64,000 bases of DNA from Alphaproteobacteria bacterium. GTDB taxonomy: Bacteria; Pseudomonadota; Alphaproteobacteria; UBA828. Below are positions 31,586 to 40,450 of the stretch, piece by piece. Position 1 is the first letter of the stretch; each line of letters begins with the position of its first letter. The notes under the pieces were generated by a model. That model worked only from the letters and a program-made list of their open reading frames with translations. It did not search any database and was not told the DNA's origin. The stretch is taken from NCBI GenBank assembly GCA_963667785.2, contig CAXXMU010000001.1:672001-736000 (forward strand), written 5' to 3'. The translations under genes and the position numbers were made by a program.

Positions 31586-32608
31586 ATGGACCAAGCTACC
31601 ATGATCGGGATCGATCTTGCGAAGAACAGCTTTCAACTGCACGGCGCATGGGCCGACGGATCGGTGGCGTTTCGCAAGAAGCTGAGCCGGGGGAGAGTAC
31701 TGGAGTTTCTGGCATCCCAGCCGAGTTGCGAGGTGGCGATGGAGGCCTGCGCCGGCGCTCATTACTGGGGTCGGGAGATCGGCGATCTGGGTCACACGGT
31801 GAGGTTGATCCCACCGCAATATGTCAAGCCTTACGTCAAGCGTCAGAAGAACGACACCGCGGATGCAGAGGCGATCTGCGAAGCGGCGTCTCGTCCAACG
31901 ATGAATTTCGTGGCGGTCAAGACGGCGGAGCAGCAGGGTCGGGTGATGCTGTTCCGGACACGCGATCTGCTGGTGCGTCAGCGCACCCAGACGATCAACG
32001 CGCTACGCGGCCATCTGGCGGAGTTCGGCATCGTTGCGGCCCAGGGTCCCGCTCATGTCGACCGCCTGGCACCGGCGCTCGAGGATCCAGGCTCAGACCT
32101 GCCGGACACGGTCCGCGAGCTGGGCACGCTTCTGCTCGAACAGATCGCCGGGTTCAACGCGAAGATCGAGTGCCTGGAGAAGGAAGTCCACGCGAGTGCG
32201 CGGCGGGATGCAGAAGCACGGCGCCTGATGAGCGTGCCGGGGATTGACCCGATCACCGCGATGGCGATCCAGGCCTTCGCACCGCCGATGGAGACCTTCC
32301 GGCGCGGCCGGGACTTCGCCGCCTGGCTCGGCGTTGTGCCGCGCCAGCACTCGACCGGTGGCAAGCCGCGGCTGGGTAAGATATCGAAGATGGGCCAGCG
32401 CGATCTCAGGCGTCTGCTGATCACGGGCGCCATGGCGGTCATCCGCTGGGCGATCCGGCGCGGCAAGACGAACGATCCGTGGCTCGTCAGGATGCTGGCG
32501 CGCAAGCCGAGGATGCTGGTCGCCGTGGCGCTGGCCAATCGGATGGCGCGCATCGTTTGGGCGCTGATGACCAAGAAGGAGAGTTACCGGGCTCCCGCCG
32601 TCGCCTAA
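31586..32608 (+). CDS. IS110 family transposase/recombinase
   Basis: RuvC-like DEDD (GIDLAK, MEAC, KND..DAEAI); C-terminal catalytic Ser in QHSTGG; VAVALAN. Confidence 0.96.
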   Translation: MDQATMIGIDLAKNSFQLHGAWADGSVAFRKKLSRGRVLEFLASQPSCEVAMEACAGAHYWGREIGDLGHTVRLIPPQYVKPYVKRQKNDTADAEAICEAASRPTMNFVAVKTAEQQGRVMLFRTRDLLVRQRTQTINALRGHLAEFGIVAAQGPAHVDRLAPALEDPGSDLPDTVRELGTLLLEQIAGFNAKIECLEKEVHASARRDAEARRLMSVPGIDPITAMAIQAFAPPMETFRRGRDFAAWLGVVPRQHSTGGKPRLGKISKMGQRDLRRLLITGAMAVIRWAIRRGKTNDPWLVRMLARKPRMLVAVALANRMARIVWALMTKKESYRAPAVA

Positions 32609-32862
32609 GAGGCGGCCAGGCGGGTAGCTGTCGGGGACGTGGGCAGGTCTGAGGAAAGGCAAGGGCAAACGGTCAATCGAGACGGGATCGGGAAAACCAG
32701 CTTCCGGATGCGGAGCCTTCGAGCTCGCGTAAGCGATATGGACCCGGTCCGCGCATCTCCATGAAGGCCCGCGGCGTGTGAAGTGCCGCAACGAGAGGCC
32801 GGACACACGACAGCACCTGACCGCGTGCATCCAGTCGACCGAAGAAAATGCTTGCGTCAAAC
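32609..32862 (+). ncRNA. Putative bridge RNA/seekRNA of the IS1111-type element (ends approximate)
   Basis: Contains target matches ccggatg (32704-10) and gtaagcg (32729-35), and donor-junction matches ctccat (32757-62) and acacacg (32803-09), each pair flanking a hairpin. Confidence 0.75.
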
Positions 32863-32896
32863 GGGGCGTCCACACACGTCCGGTGAAGACCGCAGC

Positions 32897-33028
32897 TCAC
32901 ACAGTACCATCCCCGATCGATATAGCGATCCGGCGCTCCGTGATCGTTAGCTCGTCGTCGAGGCCGCGCCCGAAGATGTGAACTAAGAAGGTTTCGCTGT
33001 TGCCGCGCTGTGCGCTGCCGATCTGCAT
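32897..33028 (-). CDS. Putative 43-aa small protein (copy 1) MQIGSAQRGNSETFLVHIFGRGLDDE-LTITERRIAISIGDGTV
   Basis: GGGAGG SD before ATG; first 26 codons shared with copy 2 with only synonymous changes. Confidence 0.45.
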   Translation of the reverse strand: MQIGSAQRGNSETFLVHIFGRGLDDELTITERRIAISIGDGTV

Positions 33029-33140
33029 GGTGCCGCCTCCCGTTGGCCGGTCGATGAAGACGGCGGGCACGGCCCTCGCCGGAAGCCCACGCCCGCCGCC
33101 CGGCTACCGGCCAGGCTCTCCCTCTCGTCGGCGTGAGGGC
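32950..33140. repeat. 191-bp direct repeat copy 1 (copy 2 at 45743-45933)
   Basis: Manual alignment: no indels, about 15 mismatches. Confidence 0.9.
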
Positions 33141-33714
33141 CAAGAGCCCGGCGCAGAGAGCGAACGGGGTGCTTCGCAGACATTCGTGCGCCGGCGGGTC
33201 GCACCTGTATGTTGGGCAGAGAAGAGTTGGAGGGCGTTGGCTGCCGGCGGGAGCTTGAGGGCCGGCCGAGAACCAGCGATTGCGCTGCCCTAGCCCCTGA
33301 TTGCGCGCTAGCCTGTGGCCCCCGCCGGATCCTTACCGCCGATCAGCATGTAAGCGTATACATCGCAGCTCTCCGCTCGCCTCCGCGGGACGCCACTTCA
33401 TTTGACACGAGCTAGGTTCAGAGCTTCCTAGGCGAGCTGGGGAACTAGCTCCTCATCGGCTGTAGCCTCTAGACACTCAACGCGGTAAGGATCATGATCG
33501 AAGCGTCATGCTGCCGCTCCAACACGGTCACAGCCCGTTCGACACTGTGATACGGACCGTACACACCGGAGGCCCTGCCGTTGCCGGCCCTGCTGGCGCC
33601 TGAACTCAGTTACCCGGCCACTTCAGCCATGATTTCGCCCACAACTTTAGACTAACTTCAATCTGGACCACCCGACTAGTCCGGTGTGTCAAGTACCAGA
33701 CATTGTCAGGAGAA

Positions 33715-35988
33715 ATGATGCCTACCCTCTACCGAGATACCGGCTATTCGTTGACTCATCTGATCGAGGATATCAAGCATGACAATATCGCCCTGCCAGA
33801 GATCCAGAGACCGTTTGTCTGGTCGTCGGCCAAAACACGGGACCTCTTCGACTCGATGTATCGCGGCTATCCCGTTGGGACGCTCCTATTTTGGGAAACA
33901 GGCGCGGAGGTAGGCACTCGCCAAATCGGCGGCGGAGACAGTAAAAAGGTGGCTAAGCTCCTCATCGTGGACGGTCAGCAACGCTTGACGTCGCTCTTCG
34001 CCGTTCTCACAGGGAAACCCGTCCTGACCAAGATATTTGAGGACAAACACATACGATTAGCGTTTCGCCCTAGCGACGAAACATTCGAGGTAACGGACGC
34101 AGCTATCCGTCGAGACCCGGAGTTTATTCCCGATATTACTGTATTGTGGGCTGAAGGGTATAAGTCGACCGTTCGCGATTTCATGACCCACCTCTCCGAG
34201 AATCGCGACACTATGCCTAGCGACGCCCAGCAGGATCTGCTCGAAGAAAGAATTGATCGTGTGCGCGACCTGCGAGACTTTCGTTTCCAAGTTATTGAAC
34301 TCAATACTAGAGCTAATGAGGAGCAAGTTGCGGAGATATTCGTACGCATCAACTCTGAGGGCGTCAAACTTAATCAGGCAGACTTCATCCTTACTCTAAT
34401 GTCTGTTCATTGGGAGGAGGGGCGCCAACAACTGGAAGCCTTCTGTCGTGCTGCCGTTGATCCGAAAGTCTCCAGTCCCTCGCCAAAAAACGTTTTCATT
34501 GACCCCAGTCCCGATCAACTCTTGCGGGCTGGTGTCGGACTGGCCTTTCATCGCGGTCGACTTCAACATGTCTACAACATTCTTCGCGGAAAGGATCTTG
34601 AAACAGGCCAAGTCTCTGAAAACAGGCGAACACAGCAGTTCCACAACCTACGACGCGCGCAGCAGGTCGTCGTCGACTTGACCAATTGGCACGAGTATTT
34701 TAAGTGTCTATCCTATGCCGGCTTCCGCAGTCGCCGGATGGTGACATCTGAAAACGCACTCATATATACATATCTGTTTTGGCTGATAGGTCGGCGCGAC
34801 TTTGGTTTGGACCTAAAGGTGTTGAGAAGACTCATAGCCCGATGGTTCTTCATGTGTCATACGACAGGGAGGTACACCTCGTCCCCGGAAAGTCAAATTG
34901 AGGCTGACCTTAGTCGAGTATCGTCTCTACGTCCTGGCGACGCCACTGCCTTTTGCGAAGAACTCGATCGTATTGTCAGATCAAACTTCACCGGAGACTA
35001 CTGGGCTATTTCACTGCCAAACAGACTAGATACTTCAGCCGCGCGTTCTCCAGCTCTTTTCTCATACTGGGCTGCACTTAATCTACTTGATGCGGAGTGC
35101 ATGTTCAGTGACCTTAGAGTTCGAGATCTATTTGATCCAATGTCAGTTGCTCCACGAGGAATCGAACAGCACCACTTGTTCCCGAGAGCGTATTTGGCAG
35201 GCGTAGGTATATCATCGACTAGGCAAGTTAACGCCATAGCCAATATGGCTTTTTTGGACTGGCCCGAGAATGTCGAAATCGATAAAGACACACCGAGCGA
35301 CTATTGGTCAGCCATGACCGCCGATATGAATAAGGACCGGCTAGAGCAACAGGCTTACTGGCATGCCCTTCCAGCCGGCTGGAGCCATCTCGATTACCCG
35401 ACCTTCCTCGAACGACGACGAACATTGATCGCTACAGTGGTGCGAGATGGATTTGATACCCTGTGGGAGGATCGGAAGCCACTGCGAACAGCATCACTAC
35501 AGGACCTTTTAGTTGTCGGCGAGTCGCAAACTTTGGAGTTCAAGGCCGCCGCACGCTGGAATCTGCACACAAGTCAGGTAGACAAGAGGATTGAGCACGC
35601 CATTTCCAAAGCAGTATGCGGCTTTCTGAATGCAGAAGGGGGAAAACTCTTGATCGGTGTAGACGACCTTGGAAGACCCACTGGTCTTATCAATGACATG
35701 AAGACATTGCGAAATAAGCCAAACAGAGACGGCTTCGAACTGTTTCTTAGGCAGCATTTTGACAATAGTCTCTCTGTAAAAGCTGGTAGTGCTCTGAAAG
35801 TGGAGTTTGAGGAGTTGGAGGGCAAAGATGTTTGCATTGTGACTGTCGCCGCGTTCGGCAAGCCAGTGTTTGCCAAGGCAGCGGCAGGTAGCCAGGAGCC
35901 GTCCGAGTTTTGGGTGCGCATGGGGAACGCCACCAAGCAATTGCATGGCGACGATATGGTCCAGTATCAGGCCAGTCGGTGGAGTTGA
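33715..35988 (+). CDS. GmrSD-type (DUF262+HNH) modification-dependent nuclease fused to a C-terminal Schlafen/AlbA_2 domain
   Basis: LPEIQRPFVW, IVDGQQRLTSL, FVRINSEG (DUF262); EQHHLFP...NMAFL (HNH-like); GESQTLEFK, CGFLNAEGGKLLIGVDD (AlbA_2). Confidence 0.85.
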   Translation: MMPTLYRDTGYSLTHLIEDIKHDNIALPEIQRPFVWSSAKTRDLFDSMYRGYPVGTLLFWETGAEVGTRQIGGGDSKKVAKLLIVDGQQRLTSLFAVLTGKPVLTKIFEDKHIRLAFRPSDETFEVTDAAIRRDPEFIPDITVLWAEGYKSTVRDFMTHLSENRDTMPSDAQQDLLEERIDRVRDLRDFRFQVIELNTRANEEQVAEIFVRINSEGVKLNQADFILTLMSVHWEEGRQQLEAFCRAAVDPKVSSPSPKNVFIDPSPDQLLRAGVGLAFHRGRLQHVYNILRGKDLETGQVSENRRTQQFHNLRRAQQVVVDLTNWHEYFKCLSYAGFRSRRMVTSENALIYTYLFWLIGRRDFGLDLKVLRRLIARWFFMCHTTGRYTSSPESQIEADLSRVSSLRPGDATAFCEELDRIVRSNFTGDYWAISLPNRLDTSAARSPALFSYWAALNLLDAECMFSDLRVRDLFDPMSVAPRGIEQHHLFPRAYLAGVGISSTRQVNAIANMAFLDWPENVEIDKDTPSDYWSAMTADMNKDRLEQQAYWHALPAGWSHLDYPTFLERRRTLIATVVRDGFDTLWEDRKPLRTASLQDLLVVGESQTLEFKAAARWNLHTSQVDKRIEHAISKAVCGFLNAEGGKLLIGVDDLGRPTGLINDMKTLRNKPNRDGFELFLRQHFDNSLSVKAGSALKVEFEELEGKDVCIVTVAAFGKPVFAKAAAGSQEPSEFWVRMGNATKQLHGDDMVQYQASRWS

Positions 35989-36035
35989 TCTTTCAGTGCG
36001 TGTTCTCCTTACGACTAACTTTAAAGCAAGTTAGA

Positions 36036-37951
36036 CCCAACTTGAACAGTAACCGCCCGATTTGAGGGAGGTCTGGTCCGGTAAGTTGTTGAAATCGCTC
36101 AATACCGGAAGTCGATTTCACCAGATCGCGAAAAGTGTAGTGAAAACATTTTCGCCATGTGGGCCGTAGTGGCTTGATATTCTCGGCAGTTCCAGACACA
36201 ACATCTCGATGTTCGTCTGCGAAAAGGTCGCCCGGGGGCACCGATATCTCTACCTCGTAGAGAGTGTCCACGAGGGAAAGCGGGTACGCCAGCGCACCAT
36301 CCGCGCGCTCGGCCGCAAGGACGTTCTCCACGCCAGCGGCGAGCTCGACCGGCTGATCGCCTCCCTGGCGCGTCATTCCGAGCGGGCGATGGTACTCAAC
36401 GACATGGAAGCCGGCGCTCTGGCGTGCACCCGCATCGGCGGACCACTCTTGTTCGGGCGGCTCTGGGAGCGGCTGGAGCTGGGCGAGGTGGTGAACGATC
36501 TGCTGGATGGCCGCGGCTTCGAGTTCGCCGTCGAGCGGGCGGTCTTCGTCAGCGTCCTGCACCGTCTGTTCGCCTCCGGCTCGGACCGCTCGTGCGAGAA
36601 GTGGATGCGCGACTACGCCATCCCGGGGGTCGACGATCTGTGCCTGCACCACCTGTATCGGGCGATGACCTGGTTGGGTGAGGAGCTGGAGCCGGCCGCA
36701 GAGGGCGATCTCGCGCCGCGCTGCGTGAAGGACGAGATCGAGGAGCGTCTGTTCGAGCGCCGGCGGGATCTCTTCACCGACCTCTCGCTGGTCTTCATGG
36801 ACACCACGACGCTGTCGTTCCACGGCGCGGGGGGGGGGGGGGGGGGCGAGAGCCTGGGAGCGCACGGCCATTCCAAGGATCACCGCCCCGACCTGCGTCA
36901 GATGGTGCTGGCCGTGGTCCTCGACGGCGAGGGCCGTCCTGTGTGCACCGAGATGCTGGCCGGGAACACCGCCGACATGACCGTGCTCTTGCCCGTGGTC
37001 GACCGTTTGCGCAAGCGCTTCGGCATCGGCCGTGTGTGCGTGGTGGCGGACCGGGGGATGATCTCGGCGGCGACGATCGCGGCGCTGGAGGAGCGCGGCC
37101 TGGACTACATCCTGGGCGCGCGCGAGCGGGGCTCGGCGGTGATCCGCGAGATTGTGCTGAAGGACGAGAGGCCGTTCGTGCCGCTTCGGATTGAGCGCGG
37201 CCGCGGCGACACCCAGCTCTTCGTCAAGCAAGTGATGGTCCATGGCGCGCGCTACATCGTGTGCCGCAACGAGGCGAAAGCCGAGAAGGACCGGGCCGAC
37301 CGCCAGGCGATCGTCGCCACCCTGGAGAAGCGGCTCTCGGGCGGCGACAAGGCGCTGGTCGGCAACGCCGGCTGGCGCCGTTATCTGCGCAGGACGGGCA
37401 CCGGCAAGGCGTTCGAGATCGACGCCGGCAAGCTGGCCGAGGAAGCCCGCTTCGACGGCATCTTCGTGCTCAGGACCAACGCCGGCATGACGCCGCTCAA
37501 TGCGGTGCTGAGGTACAGGGAGTTGCTCCTGGTTGAGGATCTGTTCAGACGGGCGAAGGTCCAGTTGCGCACGCGGCCGATCTACCACTCCTGCGACGCG
37601 GCGATCCGGGGCCATGTCTTCTGCTCGTTCCTCGCGCTGGTGCTGCAGAAGGAGCTGGCCGACCTTTGCCGATCCCACGAGGTCAGCGTCGAATGGGACG
37701 ACCTGATCCGCGATCTCGACCGCCTGCAGGAGGCGACGATCGAGAAGGACGGCAAGCGCGTCACCACGCGCACGCACGTCGAGGGACAGGTGGGGCGGGT
37801 CTTCCAGGCCGCCGGCATCGCGCTTCCGCCCAACTGGCGCGAACACCTCGCCTGAACCTTCACACCCCCGAAATGTAGTGGAGACATCCGGCGGCGCCGG
37901 CATAACTTGTTGATCTATCGATTACTCTGGAATCGCACTGTTCAAGTTGGG
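36036..37951 (+). mobile_element. IS1634-family insertion sequence
   Basis: 15-bp TIRs cccaacttgaacagt / actgttcaagttggg; 5-bp target duplication ttaga (36031-35, 37952-56). Confidence 0.9.
36209..37855 (+). CDS. IS1634 family DDE transposase
   Basis: YLYLVES, FMDTT, GHSKDHRPD, VADRGM, VEDLFR, RPIYH, IRGHVF; in-frame G18 tract. Confidence 0.92.
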   Translation: MFVCEKVARGHRYLYLVESVHEGKRVRQRTIRALGRKDVLHASGELDRLIASLARHSERAMVLNDMEAGALACTRIGGPLLFGRLWERLELGEVVNDLLDGRGFEFAVERAVFVSVLHRLFASGSDRSCEKWMRDYAIPGVDDLCLHHLYRAMTWLGEELEPAAEGDLAPRCVKDEIEERLFERRRDLFTDLSLVFMDTTTLSFHGAGGGGGGESLGAHGHSKDHRPDLRQMVLAVVLDGEGRPVCTEMLAGNTADMTVLLPVVDRLRKRFGIGRVCVVADRGMISAATIAALEERGLDYILGARERGSAVIREIVLKDERPFVPLRIERGRGDTQLFVKQVMVHGARYIVCRNEAKAEKDRADRQAIVATLEKRLSGGDKALVGNAGWRRYLRRTGTGKAFEIDAGKLAEEARFDGIFVLRTNAGMTPLNAVLRYRELLLVEDLFRRAKVQLRTRPIYHSCDAAIRGHVFCSFLALVLQKELADLCRSHEVSVEWDDLIRDLDRLQEATIEKDGKRVTTRTHVEGQVGRVFQAAGIALPPNWREHLA

Positions 37952-38276
37952 TTAGAGTACAAGGGCTCAATTCAAATCTTGGTCTGTGTGGCTGCGTTTC
38001 TCAGTGTAGGCACGCATCTGCTGCATCTCGCGTACAACACGTGAACGGGACGAAGCACGTTCGATCCCAATCACTGTAACAAAGCTGTACAGCCTCCTTC
38101 ACCGCGGCCAAGGCAAGCATCTCTCTTTCCTGCAGCAACCCATTTTGCTGAAAGGGCTTCAGGAATGGTTAGCAACTCAGACCAAATGCACGCTGAAGGA
38201 GTCCTCTTTCTCCAATTGTATGCTTGCGTTACTGGAATCACGGTGTTATAGGACTAACACACACTTGGAGACTCTG

Positions 38277-38471
38277 TTGTCCAATCCGGCTTCCACGGCT
38301 AGGCGCTCCGATGAAGCACGCATGGTTCATGTGAGGCTTGATCCAGACTTGCATCGACGTCTTCGTATCGTGGTTGCTGCAGAGGACACGTCTCTTCAGG
38401 ATTGGCTGGCGCGTGTTGTCGAACAGGCCGTCATTGAGAAGTGGCCGAACGTGATAGCCGAAGGAGAGTGA
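38277..38471 (+). CDS. Small ribbon-helix-helix protein (possible RM regulator); start uncertain (TTG 38277 or ATG 38322)
   Basis: MVHVRLDPDLHRRLRIVVAAEDTSLQDWL has an RHH pattern; abuts the MTase gene. Confidence 0.6.
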   Translation: MSNPASTARRSDEARMVHVRLDPDLHRRLRIVVAAEDTSLQDWLARVVEQAVIEKWPNVIAEGE

Positions 38472-38473
38472 AT

Positions 38474-40450
38474 GTGGCCGCAGGCGGAGCCGAGACGCAA
38501 CTCGCTTCGGCACGGACTACCGCTGTCATCGTTCAACAAGGTAAGATCCTTGACTACATTGACGGCCTTACTCAGCGGACAGAAACACCGGAGGAGTACG
38601 TACGGCAGGAAATCGCAAAATCGCTAGTCCGCGAATATGACTACAACAAAAGAGATATTTTAGTCGAGTTCATCCTGCGCTTAGGCTCACGCAAACCGAG
38701 AGCAGATCTAGTGGTTTTTGATGAAAACGACCATCATGCTCAAGATCGCGTTCGCATAATCATCGAATGCAAGTCGCAAAAGGTCAAATCAACAGATCGA
38801 AAGGATGGCATTGGGCAGTTGAAGAGTTACATGTCTGCATGCCCGAACGTCGCGTACGGTATGTGGACTAACGGTGTTGAGCGAATCTGCTATAGGCGGG
38901 TCGTAACTGACGGAGAAGTTGAATTCGAGGAAATTCCTGACATTCCGGGCAAAGGTAGAACTGAAGATGAAGTGGAGCGTCCCCGTTTCGATCAATTGAA
39001 AGCCGCGTCGTCTGATGCCCTTCTGTTTGCTTTCCGCCGCTGTCACAATTACATCGCCGGAAATCAGGGTCTGCAAAAACCGGAGGCCTTTTGGGAACTA
39101 TTGAAACTAATTTTTTGCAAGATTCACGACGAACGCACTTCGGACGAAGTAGAGTTTTATGCCACTTCCAAGGAACGTCGCGGACTCAATGGTCGTCTGA
39201 AAGCCAAAAAAAGGCTCGACGGCCTGTTTCACGAAGTGAAGAGGGAATACCCCACGATTTTTCGTGAGAACGAAGCAGTGGAATTGAATCCCGAGGTTCT
39301 TGCATATATTGTCACCCAGCTTCAGATGTATTCACTCCTAGAAAGCGACATTGACGTTAAAGGTCGGGCCTACGAAGAAGTCGTCGGCTCCAACCTGCGT
39401 GGAGACCGTGGGGAGTTTTTCACACCGCGAAATATTTGTCAGATGATGGTGACCATGCTCGACCCAGGCGAGCGTCAAGTAATACTTGATCCGGCCTGTG
39501 GAACCGGAGGTTTTCTCATAACGGCGATGAACTATGTAATCCAGAAAATACAAAAAGCGGAAACCAGCAAGTGGGGTGACGTAGACCGTGCCGAGTCAGC
39601 AATCCGTCGACGCGTTCAGCGATACGCTGAGACGCACATTATGGGAATGGATCTCAACCCAAACCTAGTTAAGGCCTCTAAAATGAACATGGTGATGAAT
39701 AATGATGGCACGGGCGGGCTGTATCAAGCGAACTCCCTAAAGGCGCCGGCTACCTGGGGCGACGACCTTCACGCGCGCCGGATCATGGGACAAGTCGATC
39801 TTCTATTCACAAATCCTCCCTTCGGCTCGAAGATACCCATCGATGACCCAGCGGTTCTTGAGGCCTACGACCTTGGTCACGTCTGGAAGTACGATGAGAA
39901 GAGCGATGAGTGGTTGATCACCAAGGCTGTGCAGAAGTCACAACCTCCTGAGATTCTTTTCATAGAACGTTGTGTCAGGTTTCTCAAGCCGAAGACTGGA
40001 CGCTGTGCAATTGTGCTTCCGGATGGAATTCTCGGTTCCCCCGGCCTTGGCTACGTGCGAGAGTGGATCCTTCGCCATACTCGCGTGCTCGCGAGTATAG
40101 ATCTTCATCCGGACACGTTTCAGCCGCACGTAAGCGTTCAAACCAGTGTGCTTGTTCTCCAACGCAAGACCGAACATGAAATCGCTGTCGAAACGGCGGC
40201 GGGTCGCCTGAATGATTACGACGTGTTTATGGCACTGGCAAACCATATTGGTCACGACAAGCGAGGGAACATCACGTACGTTCGCGATCGCAAAGGCAAT
40301 GAGATCGTGGAGGAAGTTGAGGAAACGCTAAAGGAGTACGAGGCCGGCAGGCCAATTTACAGGAAGCAGCTCTCGAGACGAAAAGCTATAGATGACAATA
40401 CCCTTCAGGTGGCACAGGCGTTTCAGCTATGGCTCTCAGAGCAAGACTAA
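38474..40450 (+). CDS. Fused restriction endonuclease (HsdR_N-like PD-(D/E)xK) and N6-adenine methyltransferase
   Basis: PEEYVRQ, RADLVVF..IIIECK, QLKSY; GEFFTPR, DPACGTGGFL, TNPPFG, AIVLPDG. Confidence 0.9.
   Translation: MAAGGAETQLASARTTAVIVQQGKILDYIDGLTQRTETPEEYVRQEIAKSLVREYDYNKRDILVEFILRLGSRKPRADLVVFDENDHHAQDRVRIIIECKSQKVKSTDRKDGIGQLKSYMSACPNVAYGMWTNGVERICYRRVVTDGEVEFEEIPDIPGKGRTEDEVERPRFDQLKAASSDALLFAFRRCHNYIAGNQGLQKPEAFWELLKLIFCKIHDERTSDEVEFYATSKERRGLNGRLKAKKRLDGLFHEVKREYPTIFRENEAVELNPEVLAYIVTQLQMYSLLESDIDVKGRAYEEVVGSNLRGDRGEFFTPRNICQMMVTMLDPGERQVILDPACGTGGFLITAMNYVIQKIQKAETSKWGDVDRAESAIRRRVQRYAETHIMGMDLNPNLVKASKMNMVMNNDGTGGLYQANSLKAPATWGDDLHARRIMGQVDLLFTNPPFGSKIPIDDPAVLEAYDLGHVWKYDEKSDEWLITKAVQKSQPPEILFIERCVRFLKPKTGRCAIVLPDGILGSPGLGYVREWILRHTRVLASIDLHPDTFQPHVSVQTSVLVLQRKTEHEIAVETAAGRLNDYDVFMALANHIGHDKRGNITYVRDRKGNEIVEEVEETLKEYEAGRPIYRKQLSRRKAIDDNTLQVAQAFQLWLSEQD

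Larger units (their letters stand above)
31502..32878 (+). mobile_element. IS110-family insertion sequence, IS1111 subgroup
   Basis: 11-bp subterminal IRs gtggacgcccc (31509-31519) and ggggcgtccac (32863-32873), CG core at both junctions, long downstream non-coding region. Confidence 0.9.

Noticed and set aside
33141-33700. Short ORFs upstream of GmrSD
   Set aside because: No SD, motif or coding-like support
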